From a virus (Duplodnaviria > Caudoviricetes): a DNA stretch of 24,749 nt. The position numbers were made by a program, and so were the translations under genes. The notes under the pieces were generated by a model, which worked only from the letters and a program-made list of their open reading frames with translations, searched no databases and was not told where the DNA came from. This document shows positions 18,409-24,749 of the stretch, one piece after another (within the stretch, counting starts at the first letter, position 1; the number at the start of each line of letters is the position of its first letter). The DNA lies in IMG/VR virus record IMGVR_UViG_3300008113_000883, positions 1 through 24,749 of that record. One strand, given 5' to 3'.

Positions 18409-19705
18409 TATAGATATAGTTTACATAGTTTTCACCTTCACCAAATCTACTTTCTACTGCTAATGGATTGCCTGGATTGTTGCTATAAGCCCAATCTTCT
18501 ACACCTAATTCTTCAAATCGTTTTGCAATTCTTTCATTATAGTGATACATAATTGATCTTACCCTACGTTGGATATCAGCACGAGATAAATCGTGTGTGT
18601 TTTGTCCTGTATGGTCGTTATAAATAAACTGTATGTATCCTATTTTAGGTATTTTACAAATTTTAGTATGTAAGAATGTTCTAACTACTAATTCATAGTC
18701 ATCGGCAATAGATAAATCTCTATTATGTCCACCAACTGCAAAGTAAGTATCTCTTCTCCAAGCACGAACGTGGTTTGGAACACCTACAATATGTCTTATT
18801 GTTTTTGGATTAAGATTTTGAGTGTCAACTACATCCCATTCATATCCTCTATAATTTTCCTTTCTATATTTACCATATCCAAAAGCAAATCCATCTGGGT
18901 ATGTAAGTGAGTTCCAATTTTCATCTACCTCTACACTGTCATTAAAGAAGAAACCAGCATCAGGAAATGCTTTAGAAGCATTAACTAAATCCATTGTACA
19001 GTTTTCAGTTAATAAATCATCATGATCTAATTCTGCTAATAAGAATCCTCTTGTTAGACAAGCTGCTCTGTATTTTGATTCTCCAATAATCCCACCTGTT
19101 TTTTCTCTAAAATCATATACTTTTACTCTTGAATCTCGTCTAGCAATTTCCTCTGCTATTTTGAGTGTTTTACCACCATCAGATGAATCATTTACCATTA
19201 CCCATTCCCAATCTTGATATGTTTGTTCAAGTAATGATCTGTATGTGCGCCATAATTTATTTCCAGTATTATAAATTGGAGTAAAATATGAAACTAAATG
19301 TTCATTTGATGCTGTTAGTATTTGATTCATAGCTACATTGTAAGCTATTTCTCCGTTTGTTTCAACGTCTTCTTCAACCATAAACCATTTTTTTCTGGTT
19401 TCAAGTGGTTGTTGACATAGTGTTGGAAAACCTGCAGCTAATTTTCCTACAGTTATAATAGCATCTGGTTTAAATTTAATGATTGTTTCATCAATTTTAT
19501 TATCACCAGCAGCATACACTACATTTAAACTTGTATCTTCGTATCCTAAATGATTAAAACTTTTTAAATCTGAGCGACCATCAACATAAAGTACTTTTGG
19601 TACTCTAGCTTTTTTAGGTAATGTTAAACGGTTATAATAACATAGTTGTTGGTGGATAAAATGAAATTTTTCTGGAAATTGTTTGTATAGTTGTTCTATA
19701 AACAC
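18401..19705 (-). CDS. GT2 glycosyltransferase; probably the C-terminal part of a longer split gene
   Basis: VSYFTPIYN, SLLEQTYQDWEWVMVNDSSD, LAELDHDD, ADDYELVVR. The frame stays open upstream of GTG 19705 (KIRYEGGYCGDGVFIEQLY). Confidence 0.85.
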   Translation of the reverse strand: MFIEQLYKQFPEKFHFIHQQLCYYNRLTLPKKARVPKVLYVDGRSDLKSFNHLGYEDTSLNVVYAAGDNKIDETIIKFKPDAIITVGKLAAGFPTLCQQPLETRKKWFMVEEDVETNGEIAYNVAMNQILTASNEHLVSYFTPIYNTGNKLWRTYRSLLEQTYQDWEWVMVNDSSDGGKTLKIAEEIARRDSRVKVYDFREKTGGIIGESKYRAACLTRGFLLAELDHDDLLTENCTMDLVNASKAFPDAGFFFNDSVEVDENWNSLTYPDGFAFGYGKYRKENYRGYEWDVVDTQNLNPKTIRHIVGVPNHVRAWRRDTYFAVGGHNRDLSIADDYELVVRTFLHTKICKIPKIGYIQFIYNDHTGQNTHDLSRADIQRRVRSIMYHYNERIAKRFEELGVEDWAYSNNPGNPLAVESRFGEGENYVNYIYNG

Positions 19706-19733
19706 TCCATCTCCGCAATATCCACCTTCATAT

Positions 19734-20114
19734 CTAATCTTTTTTATCTACAAATTGTTCAAACACAAATGCTTCCTTATCAGGATTAGCTTCTATTTCT
19801 GATTTGATTACATTATAGAAGTTTTCATGAACGATGTTATCATCGTCTAGTATCACAATATAATTTTCAGGATAAAGTTTTTCAATTATATCGCTTAATT
19901 GAGGATATAGATAATCGCTACCATCTCCTTTTACAAAATGAAATCTTGTACTATTTCCTTGTAATTCATTTAGCAATTCAGCATCAATATCTTTTAATGT
20001 TGTTGTATCAAAGATAATATGCCAAACCACAGTTATAGGGCTTGGAAATACTGTTTTCTTAATTGCTAATAAGTTTTGTTGACGCGTACAACGCGTTAAT
20101 ATATGCATTACCAT
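19734..20114 (-). CDS. N-terminal GT-A half-domain; probably a frameshifted 5' part of the 18401 gene
   Basis: HILTRCTR..NL, WHIIFD, YIVILDDDNIVH (DxD); stops prematurely just after an A6 run. Confidence 0.7.
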   Translation of the reverse strand: MVMHILTRCTRQQNLLAIKKTVFPSPITVVWHIIFDTTTLKDIDAELLNELQGNSTRFHFVKGDGSDYLYPQLSDIIEKLYPENYIVILDDDNIVHENFYNVIKSEIEANPDKEAFVFEQFVDKKD

Positions 20115-21043
20115 TCTACGTCAAAGAAAAATAGGTGAAAGAATCTAGCATTTTCAATTTCGTCTCCGAAATAACCTGTTGCTGCGTGTATTGTTTTTGA
20201 ATCAAACATAACTAAACGATTATAAACGTTAGCTACTGTATCTACTACTTCATATGTTGTAGCATCATAAAAATTCATATCGCTACTTAATCCTTTAAAG
20301 GTATTATAATACTCATCTCCTCCTGGTTCATCAAATCTAGTAGCCCCTGTTATTTTACTCTTATATGTTGCTGTACCTGTTTGCAAAGGTGCATTTGGTG
20401 TTAAATAAACCATCGCAGCATACGTTTGAGAATCAACGTGATAAACTATTGGGTCTTGAGAGGTACAGTATTGGAAGACACCATTTGCATATGATGAATG
20501 ATTCCAGTTTGTAATTTTTCTTCCTAAAATTTCTTCAAATTTCTCTTTAGTACCCTCTAAAATGAATCTATCATAGCTACGTTTACCTTTATGATAACCT
20601 GAGTAGTTATACTCTAAATTACTCATAGCATAGTTTCTAACCCAATCAGGATCACTATAGAAGTTATCTACTACTACAATTCCTTTTTTAGCTGTTTGGG
20701 TGAATCCAGAATGATATACTACCCATTTTTCAAAATAACCAATAAAGTCTACTACTGAGTTGTCTTGTAATATAAGCCCAACTGGTCTAGTTGTTTCTTC
20801 TTTAGTAATTAGGATTTGGAATCCAACTTTATCAGTCGGGATTTGAGGATAGAACTCTTTAACATCTGGTCTTGATTCAAACCCAGGAGAAATAATTTGT
20901 TCGTTAATTATAAATGCTTTAACAGGTTGCATTATGTGTGATACCCATCCATTAATAGTACAAACGTCATTATTGATTATAACGTTATCAACACACCATA
21001 GTACACCATCAACTTCTGTTAAGTGATTAATGTGATCAGCCAT
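20108..21043 (-). CDS. Two-domain protein: N-terminal beta domain plus 2OG-Fe(II) oxygenase (DUF6445-like)
   Basis: IVVVDNFYSDPDWVR, VYHVD (HxD), AAMVYLTP, YNRLVMFDSKTIHAA, RFFHLFFFD. Confidence 0.8.
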   Translation of the reverse strand: MADHINHLTEVDGVLWCVDNVIINNDVCTINGWVSHIMQPVKAFIINEQIISPGFESRPDVKEFYPQIPTDKVGFQILITKEETTRPVGLILQDNSVVDFIGYFEKWVVYHSGFTQTAKKGIVVVDNFYSDPDWVRNYAMSNLEYNYSGYHKGKRSYDRFILEGTKEKFEEILGRKITNWNHSSYANGVFQYCTSQDPIVYHVDSQTYAAMVYLTPNAPLQTGTATYKSKITGATRFDEPGGDEYYNTFKGLSSDMNFYDATTYEVVDTVANVYNRLVMFDSKTIHAATGYFGDEIENARFFHLFFFDVEW

Positions 21044-21062
21044 AATAAAAATATATTTTGGG

Positions 21063-21094
21063 TGAATATAAGTAAAAAATACTAGATAACCAAA
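21063..21094 (-). promoter_or_regulatory. Possible Bacteroidota housekeeping-type promoter (-33/-7)
   Basis: Minus strand TTTG-N20-TATATTCA versus consensus TTTG-N19-21-TAnnTTTG; 2 mismatches in the -7 element. Confidence 0.35.
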
Positions 21095-21976
21095 CTAGTA
21101 GTATGTTCTTTCGTAAAGTTGATTGTGTCTTTCTAGATCACTGAATGATGCTTCTTTTACACATAATCCACAAAACCTTTCATTTGAAAATAAATAACCA
21201 TACTTACAAGTATCGTAATGAATACATTTTGTTTTTTTCTGTTCTAGTGTTTCCCAATCATTATATGTTGGAAAATGATCACAATGTACCATATTACCCA
21301 TCATTAGATAAACTGAGTGTAGCTTGTATCCTAATGATTCTGCTTTTAGTTCAGCTTGGCCCCAATTTTCCTTATCTTTTAGTTCGGTTGGTTGTCCATC
21401 AATAATAAATTCTTGAAGTGGAAATATTTCTGCTTCGTAAAATCTTTTATTACGTCTGATGTAAGGGTTATTAGTGTATTCTTTTTTCTTTAAATGGAGG
21501 AAAGGTTCATTAATGAAATCAATATTACTTTCTTTAATCCAGTATCCAAAACCAAATTGTCTATCATCAACATCATGTAAATATCGTCTTAGAAGGATTT
21601 GATCTACTTCACTATTTGAATTCATATAATTCAAACAATTGTTTAACCAATCTTGATTTGTTGGTATAGTAATCCAATCTCCTTCCAAAAATAAAACGTA
21701 TTCGTACTGTGTTGTTTGTTCATTTAAGCGATTAATTCCAAAACCCACACCATTGTTTTCAGATTGAGTAAAATGAAATGTTACTCTATCACTATAGAGT
21801 TGTTTTGCTTCTTCTACAACATCTATAATGTTTTGATCAGAACCATTACAATGAATATACCACTCTACTTTTGGTAAAGAAGTATTTTCAAGAAATGTTT
21901 TTATAGTTAATTTTAAAAATTTATCTCTGCTTGGAGCACTATGTGTTAGTGTCGAGATGCAAAACTTGTTTTCCAT
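21095..21976 (-). CDS. GT2-like glycosyltransferase
   Basis: LKLTIKTFLENT, SENNGVGFGINRL, YVLFLEGDW, YTNNPYIRR; C-terminal Cys cluster. Confidence 0.7.
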   Translation of the reverse strand: MENKFCISTLTHSAPSRDKFLKLTIKTFLENTSLPKVEWYIHCNGSDQNIIDVVEEAKQLYSDRVTFHFTQSENNGVGFGINRLNEQTTQYEYVLFLEGDWITIPTNQDWLNNCLNYMNSNSEVDQILLRRYLHDVDDRQFGFGYWIKESNIDFINEPFLHLKKKEYTNNPYIRRNKRFYEAEIFPLQEFIIDGQPTELKDKENWGQAELKAESLGYKLHSVYLMMGNMVHCDHFPTYNDWETLEQKKTKCIHYDTCKYGYLFSNERFCGLCVKEASFSDLERHNQLYERTYY

Positions 21977-21998
21977 ACTAGAATTATAACATTTTTAC

Positions 21999-22229
21999 TT
22001 ACATTCCAACAATAGATGTTCTAGCGGCTTCAAAAGCTGCAATATAAGTAGCTTCATCTATCGGGGTATAAGTATCAGAAATTTGTTGACCAATATGATT
22101 ATAATAATCTTCATTACTGATCTGAGAAATAGTTTTTTGGGTTGGAATGTTTAAAACATTTACTATTGTTTTAGTTTCGGTATCCACCTTAATGTGAGCA
22201 CCATCTGGTCGTGTGTAGTAATTTATCAT
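21999..22229 (-). CDS. 76-aa hypothetical protein, paralog of 12402..12632
   Basis: Same length and aligned N-terminal motif. Confidence 0.75.
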   Translation of the reverse strand: MINYYTRPDGAHIKVDTETKTIVNVLNIPTQKTISQISNEDYYNHIGQQISDTYTPIDEATYIAAFEAARTSIVGM

Positions 22230-22250
22230 AATTTATAAAATTGTTTTATT

Positions 22251-22736
22251 TTAACATGGAGACATACCTATTGGGTTGTAACCACCACCTATATAGTTTT
22301 GACCGGTACCTGATGATGGGTAATAATTTATAGTACTATTGCTTATATTCTCACCCCAACAGTTGATACCACCACCTGTAGAAATAGTTGTAGTATTACA
22401 AGAAGTATTTGTTGGCATGTTAACAGTACCAGCAGCATAACCACCTAAGTCTCCATACCAATATATATCTACCTCTATTGAAGTATTTAATGTTGCTGTG
22501 GTAGCAGCTGAAACTGTATAATCAGCATAACACGTCATAAGGTAAGGAATATACCAGTTTATAGTTACATCTACTGCAGCTGCATAGCCATAAAATTCAC
22601 TTATAGCATCTGGTGTACCTTTTCCAGCATTAGAGCTAAGTGTTCTTAAGCTGTATGTAGATGAAAATCCACCATTATTTACTTGTTCATTTCTGATGTC
22701 CCCTATACTTAAAGGTCCACTACTTGGTAATGCCAT
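22251..22736 (-). CDS. Fibre-tip / adhesin-like protein
   Basis: MALPSSGPLSIGDIRNE...ISEFYG N-terminus, a type often found right after S74-fibre genes; overlaps the fibre stop; G/T/N/Y-rich C-terminus. Confidence 0.7.
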   Translation of the reverse strand: MALPSSGPLSIGDIRNEQVNNGGFSSTYSLRTLSSNAGKGTPDAISEFYGYAAAVDVTINWYIPYLMTCYADYTVSAATTATLNTSIEVDIYWYGDLGGYAAGTVNMPTNTSCNTTTISTGGGINCWGENISNSTINYYPSSGTGQNYIGGGYNPIGMSPC

Positions 22737-24749
22737 TTATAATAGATTTTAATTCTTCAATCTGTTTTTGTTGTTCTTTAATAGCTTCAATAAATAAAGC
22801 TGCCATGTTACCATATGCTACTGAGTACATATCTTCTTCTGTGCCAGTAACTACTTCAGGCAACACTTTAAGAACTTCTTGTGCAATAACACCAGCGTGT
22901 CTTTTATTACGGTCTTTATCATTAGCATCTGTTCTAGTAAAAGTTACACCTCTAATAGCTTGTATCTTTTCAACAGCATTTTCTACTACTTCTATATTGT
23001 CTTTTACTCTAGCATCAGAATAAGCTACAATATCGTTTGAAGCCCAAATTGTCACTGCCCCACCCCCTATTGTAGCATTGATACCACCAGCCTCACAAAC
23101 ATATAATCCCCAACTAGGTGTTTTACCACTACCCCATAAGTTAGGGTGAGCATAACCAATACCATACATATTTGATAGAGAACTATCTGTTGGATTGTAC
23201 GATGACCCAATAGTATAAATAGGATTTGTGTATGCAGAGTTACCTCCAATATTATTATAAGAACCTTCTAAGAATCCATTAGAATGTGCAGTTCTTGCAA
23301 TAGGTCCATGTGCTACAATTCTACCTCCATTTTCTACTCTAAATGACCAACTACGTCCACTATTTAAAAATCCTATTTCATTACTACTATTTGCATAAAC
23401 ATAACCTCTAGTAGTACCATTAGTTTCCATTCGTAAAGCTACAGCTCCAGAACTTCCTGAATGCATTCTAAAATCAGATCCATCAGCAGGCATTAAATGC
23501 CAGCCAGTTTGATTCCAATATATACCATTATTGTTAGTATGGTTTCTAAACCAACCACCTGTTGTATATACATCACTACCTGAAACAGTAGAAAATGAAA
23601 CTGAATCAGATGTTCTGACATATTGATTCATATTAGCTGCATAGGGATCAGAACTTGTGTTAAGAAGTCTTCTCCAGGAAGTCCAAGAGGTACGACCATG
23701 GTTAGCTTCAGACCTTACCCAAAGATTTGTTCCTGTACCGCCATCGTAGTGACCACCAAGTTGATACATATTATACCCATTATAACCTGACCAGGTAATA
23801 ACATGATTCCAACCACCACTTCCTGTATAAGAAGGATGCATAAAGTCAACTCTTAATCCACCACCTCCTAAACCTTGGTCTACTAAGTTAACAGGAGTTT
23901 CACTTGTTAAATAACTACCATATTCATAATACGCTTTAAGATATTGACCACTGGTATCTTTTCTTGAATACCTAGAATCAGGAGTACCTGAGTTTGAAGA
24001 GCTCCATACTCGGTTACCATCATCATAAAGACCAGACGCATAAAGTGACTTACTACCATTTGTACCAGTACCAATTTTAACAGGACCACCATCATAATAG
24101 TTAAGTTCTAATGGATCCGATCCTCTACCATTTACTGTATCTGCATAGACATTTCTACCTAAGAAACCATAGGTTGTATCTCCAGCAAAATATAAATTAT
24201 CATAATTAACAGCATTTAAACGAGATGTGCTTGCAGGATCACAGTAATAACCGGTATCATTAGAATCATAGAATATAGGAGCTCTAAAATCTGTTGCTGC
24301 TTGGATTGGAGTTGTACCCCATCCCAAATCTCTACCCATTAAAATTCTTCCTGTTGATGACTGGTAGATAAACAAAGATTCTACAGAGTTTCCACTATCA
24401 TGTATAGCAAACTCGTACTCGTCTGCACAGTTAGCAAGTATACCAGCAGTTATGCTACCTGCCCAAGATCCATTTAAAAAGTTAAAATTATAACTATTAT
24501 TTCCTAAAATTAATTGTCCAGTATAAGCGGGAGAATAAGTAGTACTTAACCAAAGATTATTTAAACGAGAATTACCAGCAGCATCTACATAATATGCCGT
24601 ATCATTTGAATCATAAAATATAGGGGCACGAAGTGAAGCTGCAGCTTCTAAATATACATCAGTATAAATGTAGCTGTTATTAAAGCCCATTTTTCGATTT
24701 CCTGCATACATTAAGCTAACATCATGAGAAGTATAACTTCCTATGTATA
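22720..24749 (-). CDS. Long tail fibre with C-terminal Peptidase_S74 chaperone, 5'-truncated
   Basis: Frame open beyond 24711 to the edge (YIGSYTSHDVSLMYAG). AYSDARVKDNI...IRGVTF...AGVIAQEVLKVLPEVV...VAYGNMAALFIEAIKEQQKQIEELK; knob-like LWVR...SWTSWRRL. Confidence 0.92.
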   Translation of the reverse strand, partial: YIGSYTSHDVSLMYAGNRKMGFNNSYIYTDVYLEAAASLRAPIFYDSNDTAYYVDAAGNSRLNNLWLSTTYSPAYTGQLILGNNSYNFNFLNGSWAGSITAGILANCADEYEFAIHDSGNSVESLFIYQSSTGRILMGRDLGWGTTPIQAATDFRAPIFYDSNDTGYYCDPASTSRLNAVNYDNLYFAGDTTYGFLGRNVYADTVNGRGSDPLELNYYDGGPVKIGTGTNGSKSLYASGLYDDGNRVWSSSNSGTPDSRYSRKDTSGQYLKAYYEYGSYLTSETPVNLVDQGLGGGGLRVDFMHPSYTGSGGWNHVITWSGYNGYNMYQLGGHYDGGTGTNLWVRSEANHGRTSWTSWRRLLNTSSDPYAANMNQYVRTSDSVSFSTVSGSDVYTTGGWFRNHTNNNGIYWNQTGWHLMPADGSDFRMHSGSSGAVALRMETNGTTRGYVYANSSNEIGFLNSGRSWSFRVENGGRIVAHGPIARTAHSNGFLEGSYNNIGGNSAYTNPIYTIGSSYNPTDSSLSNMYGIGYAHPNLWGSGKTPSWGLYVCEAGGINATIGGGAVTIWASNDIVAYSDARVKDNIEVVENAVEKIQAIRGVTFTRTDANDKDRNKRHAGVIAQEVLKVLPEVVTGTEEDMYSVAYGNMAALFIEAIKEQQKQIEELKSIINGITK

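Noticed and set aside
7889-19736. Stop-codon reassignment or TAG readthrough explaining broken ORFs
   Set aside because: The continuations are in other frames, in-frame TGA follows soon after the TAGs at 7889 and 19734, and long genes are intact under code 11.
17171-21976. DNA hypermodification (TET/JBP plus glycosyltransferase) as the cassette's role
   Set aside because: The oxygenases look PKHD/P4H-like and DUF6445-like rather than TET/JBP, the context is structural, and no nucleotide-metabolism genes are nearby. Disfavoured but not excluded.
26-23023. All + strand ORFs in the track
   Set aside because: They are antisense shadows of well-supported minus-strand genes, with no recognisable motifs.
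12586-24095. Short minus-strand ORFs 12586..12771, 23067..23249 and 23907..24095
   Set aside because: They are alternate-frame overlaps within stronger genes.
12644-24749. Diversity-generating retroelement or shufflon acting on fibre tips
   Set aside because: No reverse transcriptase, recombinase, TR/VR pair or inverted cassettes were seen in this window.

Overview
AT-rich fragment of a contractile-tailed (myovirus) phage genome, with every credible gene on the minus strand. The host is probably Bacteroidota, because genes have A-rich leaders and lack Shine-Dalgarno motifs. In transcription order (right to left) it contains: a truncated tail fibre with a Peptidase_S74 chaperone domain, two small partner genes, a cassette of three GT2-like glycosyltransferase loci and two 2OG-Fe(II) oxygenases, a collagen-like fibre (also S74-terminated, broken here by two frameshifts) with Cys-rich partners, small hypothetical genes, and then tail sheath, tail tube, tail assembly chaperone, tape measure, a tube-initiator-like protein, a LysM/gp53-like protein and a truncated baseplate hub-like gene. 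Highlights: (1) a candidate system for hydroxylating and glycosylating virion collagen, lying between two fibre modules; (2) an unannotated +1/-2 frameshift extension of the tail chaperone; (3) a 9-bp late-promoter-like motif upstream of 8 genes, often abutting a terminator; (4) a duplicated module of fibre, Cys-containing protein and a 76-aa 'MINYY' protein. All family assignments come from motif recognition by eye; no database search was run.
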